From contig CAWGJT010000004.1 in the NCBI GenBank assembly GCA_963822965.1, forward strand, positions 1 to 50,265: 50,265 nt of DNA. The letters run 5' to 3'. The first letter of the stretch is position 1. Every line of letters begins with the position of its first letter. Position numbers and translations under genes: made by a program. The DNA is from an uncultured delta proteobacterium (GTDB taxonomy: Bacteria > Myxococcota_A > UBA9160 > UBA4427). The notes under the pieces were generated by a model that searched no databases, was not told the DNA's origin, and saw only the letters and a program-made list of their open reading frames with translations. Shown piece after piece: positions 30,637-39,650 of the stretch.

Positions 30637-31599
30637 ATGTCGACCCCCATCCTCGATCGCATCGTCCGCGAGTCCGGCGTGCCGGACCTGCTGGAGGTCC
30701 TCGGCGAACGTCTGGGGGCACAGGACCTGCAGTCGCTCCTGCTCGAGGTCCAGCGGCGGCGCGCGGCCCGGGGAAGCATCGGCTCGCTGCTCGACCGCTA
30801 CCGGAAGAGCCGTTTCGCGAAGCCTTCGGGGCTGCCGCCCGGAGCGCTGCTGGAGCTCGATCGGCTGGCCTTCTCGTTGCTTCCGCCGGGCTTCGAAGGC
30901 GTCGAGCTCTCGCCCCTGGCGCCTCTGGGCGCCACCGCGATCGTCACCGGCACGAGCCAGAATCGCATCGTCTCGACGGTGCGGAACACCGAGGTCGCCG
31001 CGGACCCGACGAACGCCCTCGCCCTCGAGTGCGCGGTGCGACGCTCGGCACATCTCGCCCGCGACCCACGGTCCGCCGAGCCGGTGCGGCTGGCCGCGAG
31101 CCAGCGGGTGGTGCGCGCGCAACGCTTCGAAGGCCCGGCGTCCTTCGCGCACTTCCGTCTCTTCGCCCTCTGCGCGGCGGGGCGGGACCGGGGATCGTTC
31201 GCGTTCGAGCTCGAGAGCCTCGCCGCGCAGCTGGCGTTCCACGTTCGTCTGGTGCGGACCTGGCGCGAGCGGGGTGCGGCGATCGGCGACATCCGGGTTC
31301 CGCTCACCCCTCTCGAAGGAGGTCCTTCCGAGCCGGTCGTCCGGGAGCGCCTGCTGGAGCCGCTCGCCGCGGAGCACCCGGACGTGGCGTTCGCGATCGA
31401 CCCCCACCGCCAGCAGGGTCGGGGCTACTACGAGAGCTTCTGCTTCCACGTGTACGCGGAGGACCCGCGCGGCTGCGACCTGCAGCTCGCCGACGGCGGC
31501 TTCACGGACTGGACCCAGCAGCTGGTAGGCAGCCGCAAGGAGCGTCTGCTCATCAGCGGCATCGGAAGCGATCGCCTGGTGGGGCTACGCGCGTCATGA
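30637..31599 (+). CDS. Uncharacterised class II aminoacyl-tRNA synthetase-like catalytic-domain protein
   Basis: Motif-1-like GFEGVELSPL, ADPT, motif-2-like QRVVRAQ..AHFRLF, RGYY, LADGG.TDW, motif-3-like SGIGSDRL. No anticodon-binding domain. Confidence 0.6.
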   Translation: MSTPILDRIVRESGVPDLLEVLGERLGAQDLQSLLLEVQRRRAARGSIGSLLDRYRKSRFAKPSGLPPGALLELDRLAFSLLPPGFEGVELSPLAPLGATAIVTGTSQNRIVSTVRNTEVAADPTNALALECAVRRSAHLARDPRSAEPVRLAASQRVVRAQRFEGPASFAHFRLFALCAAGRDRGSFAFELESLAAQLAFHVRLVRTWRERGAAIGDIRVPLTPLEGGPSEPVVRERLLEPLAAEHPDVAFAIDPHRQQGRGYYESFCFHVYAEDPRGCDLQLADGGFTDWTQQLVGSRKERLLISGIGSDRLVGLRAS

Positions 31600-32036
31600 G
31601 CCAAGCGGCCGCGGCGGGCTCGCTCTTCGTCTACGGGACGCTGCAGTTCCAGGAGGTCATGGAGGCGGTGACAGGGCACCGCTTCCCCGGCACCACCGCT
31701 ACGCTCTCCGGCTACCGGCGCCGGCGCCTCGAGCACCGACCCTACCCCGGGATCGTCGCCGCTGCTGCCGAGGAGACGACCGGCCGTCTCTACCGCGACC
31801 TCGACGCCCGAAGCCTCGAACGCCTCGACGTCTTCGAGGGGCGCATCTACGAGCGGCGGCGGGTCGAGACGCGAACGGAGGAGGGAGCCCTGGAGGTCGC
31901 CTGGACGTACGTCGTCGCCGATCGCTACGCGTACCTCATGTCTCCCGAGGTATGGGACGCCCGGAGCTTCTGGTCCTTGCACGGCGACGCGTTCCTGGAG
32001 GCGTGCGCGCGCTTCCGCCGAGAGGGGGTGGTCTGA
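31596..32036 (+). CDS. Gamma-glutamylcyclotransferase (AIG2-like) family protein
   Basis: LFVYGTL, ATLSGYRR, YPGI, LDVFEG..YERR, AWTYV. ATGA overlap with the upstream gene. Confidence 0.9.
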   Translation: MSQAAAAGSLFVYGTLQFQEVMEAVTGHRFPGTTATLSGYRRRRLEHRPYPGIVAAAAEETTGRLYRDLDARSLERLDVFEGRIYERRRVETRTEEGALEVAWTYVVADRYAYLMSPEVWDARSFWSLHGDAFLEACARFRREGVV

Positions 32037-32046
32037 GTTGCCGGCC

Positions 32047-32580
32047 ATGGGGCTCGAGACCGATCGCGCCGTGACCTCGCCGGGACGCTCCGTGCCCGGG
32101 TGGCGGCTGCCTGCCGCAATCCCGCTGGTCGCGGCGCTGCTCTTCGTGTGTCCTGCCGTTGCGCGCGCCGGCCCGGCCGACGTGCTGGGCGCGAAGGTCG
32201 AGTGTCGTCCGGCGCCGGGGGGACGGCCCGCTTCGGTCTGCCGCTTCTCGGTCACCGTCCGGCACGACGACACCGGCTGGGACCACTACGCGAACCGCTA
32301 CGAGATCTGCGACCTCGAGGGTCACGTGCTCGCTACTCGCATCCTGCGCCACCCGCACGTCGACGAGCAGCCCTTCACGCGCGGGATCGGCAACGTGCGC
32401 ATTCCGTACGCGGTGCGCGAGGTGGAGATTCGCGCGGGAGACCTCGTCCACGGTCTCGGCGGTGCGACCTTCCGGCTGGCCATCCCCCACGCGGCACCGG
32501 CCCCCGATGCGAAGGCTCCGGCCTCCGAGACACGCCCCGCGGAGAGCGCCGAGCCGCCCGCGGCGGGTGCCGCGCCGTGA
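32047..32580 (+). CDS. Secreted hypothetical protein with His-rich motifs
   Basis: Signal-like hydrophobic stretch; FSVTVRHDDTGWDHYANRY...RILRHPHVDEQPFTR...DLVHG. Confidence 0.75.
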   Translation: MGLETDRAVTSPGRSVPGWRLPAAIPLVAALLFVCPAVARAGPADVLGAKVECRPAPGGRPASVCRFSVTVRHDDTGWDHYANRYEICDLEGHVLATRILRHPHVDEQPFTRGIGNVRIPYAVREVEIRAGDLVHGLGGATFRLAIPHAAPAPDAKAPASETRPAESAEPPAAGAAP

Positions 32581-33572
32581 AGGCGATGATCTTCGAGTCC
32601 GTCGGACGTCCGCTGCGGCTCACCGAGCGGGAACGGCCCGTGCCGGGGCCGGGCCAGGTGCTCGTCCGGGTGGGTGCGTGCGGCGTCTGCCGAACCGACC
32701 TGCACATCGTCGATGGTGAGCTCGACGAGCCCCGCCTTCCCCTGGTTCCGGGACACCAGATCGTCGGGCGGGTGGAAGCGCTGGGAGACGGGGCCGGCGA
32801 GCATTCCGGTCTGGCGCCGGGCGATCGGGTCGGTGTCCCCTGGCTCGGCCGCACGTGCGGTCGCTGTCCATACTGCCGGAGCCAGCGGGAGAACCTCTGC
32901 GACGACGCGCGCTTCACCGGCTATCAGCTCGACGGGGGCTTCGCGGAGTACGCGGTCGCCGACGCAGACTACTGCTTTCCCATCGAAGGCGAGGCCACGG
33001 ACGCGCAGACGGCTCCCCTGCTGTGCGCCGGTCTCATCGGGTATCGCTCCCTGCGCATGGCCGGAGACGCGCGGCGTCTCGGGCTCTACGGATTCGGCGC
33101 GTCGGCCCACATCGTGTTGCAGGTGGCGCGCTTCCAGGAACGGGAGACCTACGCGTTCACGCGCCCGGGCGACGAGGAAGGGCAGGACTTCGCACGGGAG
33201 CTCGGCGCCACCTGGGCCGGGGGCTCGGACGCGGCGCCGCCCGTGCCGCTGGACGCGGCCATCGTGTTCGCACCGGTGGGGGCGCTGGTGCCGGCGGCCC
33301 TGCGCGCCCTCGCGAAGGGCGGCGTGGTGGTCTGCGCCGGCATCCACATGAGCGACATTCCCTCCTTCCCGTACCGAGACCTGTGGGGCGAGCGGGTGAT
33401 CCGCTCCGTGGCCAACCTCACGAGACAGGACGGCCGCGAGTTCCTGGCCCTGGCTCCCCGGGTGCCCGTGCGCACCGAGGTGGAGACCTTCCCGCTCGAG
33501 GCCGCCAACGAGGCGCTGGACGCGCTGCGGAGCGGCCGGGTCCGCGGGGCCGCGGTGCTGCAGATCGCATGA
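32577..33572 (+). CDS. Zinc-dependent alcohol dehydrogenase family protein
   Basis: ACGVCRTDLH, PGHQIVG, CGRCPYC..RENLC, APLLCAGLIGYR, GLYGFGASAH. Confidence 0.93.
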   Translation: MKAMIFESVGRPLRLTERERPVPGPGQVLVRVGACGVCRTDLHIVDGELDEPRLPLVPGHQIVGRVEALGDGAGEHSGLAPGDRVGVPWLGRTCGRCPYCRSQRENLCDDARFTGYQLDGGFAEYAVADADYCFPIEGEATDAQTAPLLCAGLIGYRSLRMAGDARRLGLYGFGASAHIVLQVARFQERETYAFTRPGDEEGQDFARELGATWAGGSDAAPPVPLDAAIVFAPVGALVPAALRALAKGGVVVCAGIHMSDIPSFPYRDLWGERVIRSVANLTRQDGREFLALAPRVPVRTEVETFPLEAANEALDALRSGRVRGAAVLQIA

Positions 33573-34039
33573 GCGAGAGGGGCGGGAGAGACCGCGAAGG
33601 AGACGCCACGCCCCTCCGAATCGTGCCGGCACGCTGGGACGTGGCGGCCGAGCGCGAGGCGATGACCGCCATCCGCCACGAGGTCTTCGTCCTCGAGCAG
33701 AACGTGCCCGTCGAGCTGGAGCTCGACGGGCACGATCCCCACTGCCGGCACTGGCTGGTCTTCGACGCCGCGAACCGCCCCATCGCAACCGCCCGCATGC
33801 GAGGGGACGGTCACGTGGGACGGATCGCCGTGGTGACGGAGTGGCGCAAGCGGGGCGTGGGCGCGCGTCTCGTCGAGGCGATCGTCTCCGATGCGCGCGG
33901 CGCCGGGCTCGACGCGGTCGACCTCGACGCGCAGGTCCACGCGATCGGCTTCTACGAGAGGCTGGGCTTCGAGGCGCACGGGGAGGTGTTCCTGGACGCC
34001 GGCATTCCGCATCGGCGGATGCGGCGCCGCCTGGCCTGA
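33569..34039 (+). CDS. GNAT N-acetyltransferase (YjcF/ElaA-like)
   Basis: IRHEVFVLEQNVP.ELELD; GRIAV...RKRGVG; AQVHAIGFYERLGF; FLDAGIPH. Confidence 0.9.
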   Translation: MSERGGRDREGDATPLRIVPARWDVAAEREAMTAIRHEVFVLEQNVPVELELDGHDPHCRHWLVFDAANRPIATARMRGDGHVGRIAVVTEWRKRGVGARLVEAIVSDARGAGLDAVDLDAQVHAIGFYERLGFEAHGEVFLDAGIPHRRMRRRLA

Positions 34040-34054
34040 GATCCGCATGACGGA

Positions 34055-35254
34055 TCAGGGCTGGGGCGTCGACTCCGGCGGCGCCGGCAGCGCGTTCTGC
34101 GCAGACCGGCGTTCGCGCGCCGGTGCGTCCTGGGCGAGGGACGCGAGCAGGGGGCCCCGGGTATCCGTCACGTCGATGGCGGCGTCCACCGAGAGCCCGA
34201 TCCGAAGCGGCTTGTCCGCGGGAGGCGGCTCGTCGAGCACCAGCTTCACGGGCACCCGCTGCACGACCTTCACCCAGTTGCCCGTCGCGTTCTCGGGCGG
34301 GAGCAGCGCGAAGGCGGCGCCGGTGCCCATGCTGATGGAGTCCACGTGCGCTCGGAAGACCGTATCGGGATAGATGTCCGCACGGATCTCCGCCTCCTGC
34401 CCGACGTGCACGTCGCCGAGCTGCGTCTCCTTGAAGTTCGCGGTCACGTAGAGCGAGTCGGGCAGCGGGACCACGTTCATCAGGGGCTGCCCCGCCTGGA
34501 CGCGGTCACCCACCTCCACGTGCTTGTTGATGACGCTGCCGGTCCGGGGCGCGCTCAGCACCGTGTACGCGAGGGCGAGCCTGGCGGCCTCTACGGCGGC
34601 CTTCGCCTCGTGGACGAGGGGCACGTCGTAGGGGTCGTCGGCGTCGGGTGGGCCGCCCAGGGCCGCTCGGGCCTGCTGGAGGCGGTGCGCCGCGAGATCC
34701 CGGTTCGCCCGCGCGATCCGCAGGTCCGTGGACGCGCGGTCGTAGGCCTCCTGCGAGACGACGCCCGTGGCCCGGAGCTTCTGCGCGCGGTCGAAGTCGA
34801 GCTGCGCCTGGTGCAGGCGCTCGCCGCCGAGCGTGAGCGCCGACTTCGCCGACGCGTACTCGGCGTGGAGCCCGTCCACCGTCTGGCGGGCGCTCGCGAG
34901 GCGCGCCTCGGCTCCGTCGAGCTCCACCTGGAAGTCGCGCGGGTCGAGCCGAACGAGGATCTGGCCCTGCTCGACGGTCCAGTTGTTGGCGACTTCGACG
35001 TCCACCACCGTGCCGTCCACGCGCGAGGTCACCGTGGACGTGCTGCCGTCCACGTAGGCGTCGTCCGTCGACTCGTGGGTCTGGAGGAAGCGGAGCTGGG
35101 GCCAGCCGAAGAGCACCGCCGCGGCGAGCAGCAGGACCGCCGCCGCCGCGCCCGCCGTGCGGCGGCGCGACGCGTGGCCGAGGGGCTGGGGAAGGAAGCC
35201 CCGGATCGCCGCCAGGGGTCCCCCGAGCCGGGTGCGAACGGAGGCCGTCTCCAT
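34055..35254 (-). CDS. emrA: HlyD/EmrA family efflux periplasmic adaptor
   Basis: TM anchor, ESTDDAYV, LVRLDPRD, ANFKETQL, GAAFALLPPENATGNWVKVVQRVPV. Confidence 0.9.
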   Translation of the reverse strand: METASVRTRLGGPLAAIRGFLPQPLGHASRRRTAGAAAAVLLLAAAVLFGWPQLRFLQTHESTDDAYVDGSTSTVTSRVDGTVVDVEVANNWTVEQGQILVRLDPRDFQVELDGAEARLASARQTVDGLHAEYASAKSALTLGGERLHQAQLDFDRAQKLRATGVVSQEAYDRASTDLRIARANRDLAAHRLQQARAALGGPPDADDPYDVPLVHEAKAAVEAARLALAYTVLSAPRTGSVINKHVEVGDRVQAGQPLMNVVPLPDSLYVTANFKETQLGDVHVGQEAEIRADIYPDTVFRAHVDSISMGTGAAFALLPPENATGNWVKVVQRVPVKLVLDEPPPADKPLRIGLSVDAAIDVTDTRGPLLASLAQDAPARERRSAQNALPAPPESTPQP

Positions 35255-35450
35255 CGCTAGTGTCCTGTCCCCGAAGTTCGCTGTCGAAGTCGCCGCTCCT
35301 TCGCCCTGTCTCGGCATGCACCGAGGACGCTCCCGCTGCCCGCTGCCAAGGCGCGCGACCGAGGCATAGCCGCGCTACGGCGACGGGAGCGCAACGCGGG
35401 CAGCGGGCCGCGGGGGCGGCCGAATGCAAGCGAACTTCTGGGACGGGACA

Positions 35451-36080
35451 CTAGGACCCGCCGCCCGCGAGCGCGCCGCGCAGGAAGAGCTGCGAGATCA
35501 CGTCGATCACCTGCTCGTCGGCGAGGGGGTACAGCTCCCGCTCGCCGAGGAGCTCCTGGGACAGGAGGAAGGACCAGAGCATCCCGAACAGGCACTGGGC
35601 GGTGGCGATGGGATCGCCCGCCGTGAGCTCGCCGCTCGCCATGCGCGACTCGAGGTACTCGGCCAGCGCGCGATAGGCCGGAAGCCGCACCCGCTCGGTG
35701 TAGAGGCGGGCGCGTTCGGGAACGCTGTGCACCTCGCGCACCAGCACCCGGGCCAGCTCGCGGCGCTCCCGGAGCCGCGGCCAGATCTCGCTCACCAGCT
35801 GCGGAATCGCCTGCTCGGGGGGCAGCTCGTGGACCGAGGCGATGAGCCTCGGTAGCTCCGGCAGCAGGCTCGAGCGCTGCACCAGCTCCTGGAGGAGCGC
35901 TTCCTTGGCCGGGAAGTAGTTGTAGATGCACGCCTTCGAGACGCCCGCGGCCGCCGCCACCGCGTCCATCGTGGTCTCGGCGAAGCCGCCGCTCGAGAAG
36001 ACGCGCAGCGCGGCCTCGAAGATCTGCTCGCGCCGGGCCTCGGCGTACTCCGCCCGCTTGTCGGCTGCGACCCTGGGCAT
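35451..36080 (-). CDS. TetR/AcrR family regulator
   Basis: RREQIFEAALRVFSSGGFAETTMDAVAAAAGVSKACIYNYFPAKEAL. Confidence 0.93.
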   Translation of the reverse strand: MPRVAADKRAEYAEARREQIFEAALRVFSSGGFAETTMDAVAAAAGVSKACIYNYFPAKEALLQELVQRSSLLPELPRLIASVHELPPEQAIPQLVSEIWPRLRERRELARVLVREVHSVPERARLYTERVRLPAYRALAEYLESRMASGELTAGDPIATAQCLFGMLWSFLLSQELLGERELYPLADEQVIDVISQLFLRGALAGGGS

Positions 36081-36084
36081 GCGG

Positions 36085-36116
36085 TTGTTTATAACTGACT
36101 GGTAAGTTATCAACAA
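36085..36116. promoter_or_regulatory. TetR operator palindrome coinciding with the tetR promoter
   Basis: TTGTTTATAACTGACTGGTAAGTTATCAACAA is self-complementary at 26 of 32 positions. On the minus strand it reads TTGTTG-17-TATAAA, 7 nt before the ATG. Confidence 0.8.
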
Positions 36117-36205
36117 GAGGACGCAGAGATCGATGGAGCGAGCCGTGACGAGCCCCTGAGGGCCCCTACGGCGGAGCTCGTCGGCCCGCGGGGAAGATCG
36201 AAGAC

Positions 36206-37798
36206 ATGACCTCGGCAGACACACCGGCCAGCGGCCCGGCTCCCGCGTCCTCCCGCAAGTGGCTCGTCGCCATCGCGGTCATGCTGGGTGCCACCCTCGA
36301 GGTGCTCGACGTCGCGATCATCAACGTCTCGCTGCCCCACCTGCAGGGCAGCTTCTCGGCGAGCACCGACGAGATCACCTGGGTCCTCACCAGCTATCTC
36401 GTGGCCAACGGCGTCATGATCCCGCTGACCGGCTGGATCTCCGCCCGCTTCGGCCGCAAGCGCTACTTCCTGACGTCGGTCGTCCTGTTCGTCGGCGCCT
36501 CGGCGCTGTGCGGCGCCGCCGAATCCCTGCGCCAGATCGTCTGCTTCCGGCTCCTCCAGGGCGCCGCGGGCGCGGCGATGATCCCGTCCTCCCAGGCGAT
36601 CCTGATGGAGACCTTCCCCGAGGAGGAGCAGGGCCTCGCCATGGCCATGTGGGGCGTCGGGCTCATGACGGCGCCGATGCTCGGACCCACCCTCGGCGGC
36701 TGGATCACCGACAACTGGAGCTGGCGCTGGAACTTCTACATCAACATCCCGCTGGGCATCCTCGCCGCGGTGATGGTGATCCTCTTCGTCGAGGATCCGG
36801 ACTACCTGCGAGCGGCCCGGCGAACGGCCCGCCGCATCGACGTGATGGGCATCGTCTACCTGGCGCTCGGGCTCGGACTGCTGCAGATCGTGCTCGACCG
36901 CGGGCAGCGATCGGACTGGTTCTCGGCGCCCTGGGTGTGCGCGTTCACGGCGATCGCGGTCGTGTCCCTCGTGCTGCTCGTCGTGCACGAGCTGCGCTTT
37001 CCCGAGCCGATCCTCGACCTCAGCATCCTGCGCATCCCCGCCTTCAACGTGGCCGTCACCATCATCATGGTGATGGTGCTGATCGTCTTCGGCGTGAACC
37101 TGCTGAACCCGCTCTTCCTGCAGGACCTGCTCGGCTACTCGGCCTGGAACGCGGGCATCACGGTGGCGCCGCGCGGCGTGGGAACCCTGCTTGCCATGCT
37201 GGCCGTCGGACAGCTCTCGCGTCGCCGCTTCGATACCCGCTACCTGATCGGACTCGGCTTCGGGCTCTTCGCCGGGGCGTTGTGGTCGATGTCCCACTGG
37301 ACGCTCGGTGTCAGCGCGAGAGAGCTGATCGTGCCGATCTTCGTGTCGGGGCTGGGCGGCGGTCTGATCTTCCCCATCCTTTCGGCCACCACCCTCGCCT
37401 GCGTGGAGCGCGAGCGCATGGGCTATGCGGCGAGCCTCTACAACACCGTGCGCAACACCGGCTCGGCGCTCGGGATCTCCATCGTGAGCAATCTGCTCGC
37501 CAGCCGCGAGCAGTTCCACCAGGCCGTTCTCGGCCAGCACTTCACCGCCTGGGAGGCCTGGAAGCTGGACCATCCGGCGCGCCAGCTACCCGGCGCGCCC
37601 CACTGGGACCTTCTCCACGGCCTCGTGACCCGCCAGCTCGAGGGCTTCGCGGTGGTCTCCCGTACGATCCAGCAGCAGGCGCTGCTGATGGCCTACAACG
37701 ACATCTATCGGATGCTGGCCGTCCTGGCGCTTCTCTTCATCCCGACCTTCCTGCTGCTGCGCCGCTCCCGCACCGCCGCCGGGGCTCCCGCCCACTGA
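36206..37798 (+). CDS. emrB: DHA2/EmrB family MFS efflux permease
   Basis: LEVLDVAIINVSLP, WVLTSYL, RFGRKR, RLLQG, GPTLGGWITDNWSWRWNFYINIPLG, LDRGQ..DWF, RNTGSALG. Confidence 0.92.
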   Translation: MTSADTPASGPAPASSRKWLVAIAVMLGATLEVLDVAIINVSLPHLQGSFSASTDEITWVLTSYLVANGVMIPLTGWISARFGRKRYFLTSVVLFVGASALCGAAESLRQIVCFRLLQGAAGAAMIPSSQAILMETFPEEEQGLAMAMWGVGLMTAPMLGPTLGGWITDNWSWRWNFYINIPLGILAAVMVILFVEDPDYLRAARRTARRIDVMGIVYLALGLGLLQIVLDRGQRSDWFSAPWVCAFTAIAVVSLVLLVVHELRFPEPILDLSILRIPAFNVAVTIIMVMVLIVFGVNLLNPLFLQDLLGYSAWNAGITVAPRGVGTLLAMLAVGQLSRRRFDTRYLIGLGFGLFAGALWSMSHWTLGVSARELIVPIFVSGLGGGLIFPILSATTLACVERERMGYAASLYNTVRNTGSALGISIVSNLLASREQFHQAVLGQHFTAWEAWKLDHPARQLPGAPHWDLLHGLVTRQLEGFAVVSRTIQQQALLMAYNDIYRMLAVLALLFIPTFLLLRRSRTAAGAPAH

Positions 37799-37933
37799 GC
37801 GAGCCGCCGTCGAGGAGGAAGGGCCACCTCAGCCGGGAATCCGCTCCGGCGGAGCCTTCAGGGGAACCGCCACCGCGCCGGGCACGGCGCCGCGGGGGCG
37901 CTCGAATGCAGGTCGCACTTTCCGGTCGGGCCT

Positions 37934-39211
37934 CTAGGGCTTCGCCGGTGCCGGAGGCGCCGCCCGGTAGAGATCCCAGCGGCCGGGGATACCCAGGGCC
38001 CGCCGCGCCACCCGCTTCGCCATCGCGTAGCCGCCCGTCGTCCCGAGCAGCACGTCCGCAAAGCCGCCCGTGTTCGTCAGCACCACCAGCGCCGTGTGCT
38101 GCTCGGGGACCAGCACGAGCAGGCTCTGGAATCCGGGGTTGCTCCCCCATTGCCAGTAGGACGTCACGTCCCCCGTCTGCTCGCGGCCGATTCCCGCCGC
38201 CCAGGAGAGCTGCTCGTCGATGCGGACCCGGGGCGCCAGCAGCAGGTCCCGCGCAGCCGGCGACACCAGGGTGGGGTCGAGGAGCTCGGCGGCGAAACGA
38301 GCCAGGTCGTCGATGCTGGCGTGCAGGCTCGAGGGAAGCATGACGCGATCGGACCAGGGTGCGACGGGGACGATCACCGAGACGCCCAGCATCGCGACGA
38401 GCAGCATGGCGCCCAGGGCTTCGAGGGCGCTGGCGGCGGCGGCTCGCACCGCGCTCGTGTGCCGCCAGGTGAGCAGCAGCGTCCAGGCGAGCGCTGCGAG
38501 CGCCAGGGCCAGCGCCGCGTAGCCCACGGCGAGCCAGGGGCCCAGCGCGTTTCCGCTGAGGACACCGTACAGGAGGTCTGCGTAGCCCGTGGCCACGTTC
38601 GCGCCCGACGGCTGCGCGAAGGTCGCCGTCGTCATGCCCAGGGGCTCGAACACACGCCGCCGGATGAAGCGTTCGGCGTCCGCGCCGGCGGGGTCTCCGA
38701 ACAGATCCTGCAGCACCAGGTATCCCTGCCCCGCATAGGAGAAGGGCGCCGGCGGGTGACAGGCGGGCTCGAAGCGAGCAGCGAGGAGATCGTTCCCGAG
38801 ACCGGCCGAGTGGGAGAGCAGCTGCGCCAGGGTCGGTGCCTCGCAGCCTTCCGGGACCGGCATGCGCGGCGACGAGGCCGGCATGTCGAGGGACCAGGCG
38901 CCGTCCTCCACCTTTACGAGCGCCGCGTAGGCGGCCACGACCTTGCCCAGGGAGGCGGCCTGGAACACGGTCTCGCGGGTCACGGGCTCCCCGCTGCGCT
39001 CGTCGGCGACCCCGAAGGCCTCGACCCAGACCGGCTGCCCGTCCCGCAGCAGCGCGACGGCGGCGCCGCGAACGCGCGCCTCGGCCATCGCGCTCCGGGT
39101 GAACGCGCGCAGGGAGGCCATGTCGGAAGCAGGCTCGGGAGCGGCTCGGCTCGCACCCGCCATGACGCTCAGCAGCGCGACCACCGCGAGCGACCGAAGC
39201 GGGGCGTTCAT
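37934..39211 (-). CDS. Serine hydrolase (beta-lactamase/PBP-like) with an internal hydrophobic hairpin
   Basis: Signal peptide; FQAASLGK (SxxK); LLSHSAGL; FSYAG; VFEPLGM; ASIDDLARF; WQWGSNPGF. Confidence 0.85.
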   Translation of the reverse strand: MNAPLRSLAVVALLSVMAGASRAAPEPASDMASLRAFTRSAMAEARVRGAAVALLRDGQPVWVEAFGVADERSGEPVTRETVFQAASLGKVVAAYAALVKVEDGAWSLDMPASSPRMPVPEGCEAPTLAQLLSHSAGLGNDLLAARFEPACHPPAPFSYAGQGYLVLQDLFGDPAGADAERFIRRRVFEPLGMTTATFAQPSGANVATGYADLLYGVLSGNALGPWLAVGYAALALALAALAWTLLLTWRHTSAVRAAAASALEALGAMLLVAMLGVSVIVPVAPWSDRVMLPSSLHASIDDLARFAAELLDPTLVSPAARDLLLAPRVRIDEQLSWAAGIGREQTGDVTSYWQWGSNPGFQSLLVLVPEQHTALVVLTNTGGFADVLLGTTGGYAMAKRVARRALGIPGRWDLYRAAPPAPAKP

Positions 39212-39293
39212 GCGTCCCCGAGAATGCCAGAATCGGCGCCGCCCTGCCGGGCGGTCCCGACCCGGACCCGCTTCGGCTCGCCGGCGCCTCGGT

Positions 39294-39545
39294 CTACAGC
39301 ACCCGGCGGATGCGCTGCACCAGCGCGCGCTGCTGGCTGCGGGTCGTGACCGGGTGGCGCTCGAAGTCCGGCCCGGCGAGACGGACGTCCGCGAACAGGC
39401 CCGCCGGGTCCTCGTGGAAGTGGAGGAATGCCTTCGAACGACGGTAGAAGACGCCGCGCTTCTTCTCCTGCAGCGCCTCGAGCCCGCGCAGGCCGTCCAG
39501 GAGCGGCTCCAGGCGATCGAGGTTCTCCGGGGTGATGTGCCGCAT
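39294..39545 (-). CDS. Small hypothetical protein (83 aa)
   Basis: MRHITPENLDRLEPLL..LR....EKKRGVFYRRSKAFLHFHEDPAGLFADVR. GGAG upstream. Confidence 0.75.
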   Translation of the reverse strand: MRHITPENLDRLEPLLDGLRGLEALQEKKRGVFYRRSKAFLHFHEDPAGLFADVRLAGPDFERHPVTTRSQQRALVQRIRRVL

Positions 39546-39650
39546 GGCTCGATACTCCAAGGCCTCGCCGCGGATTGTGGCACGGGACCGCCGGCGTCGG
39601 CTGAGCGGGAGGAGCAAAAGCGTTACCCTGCGGCTCCCGAGGTCACCGCC

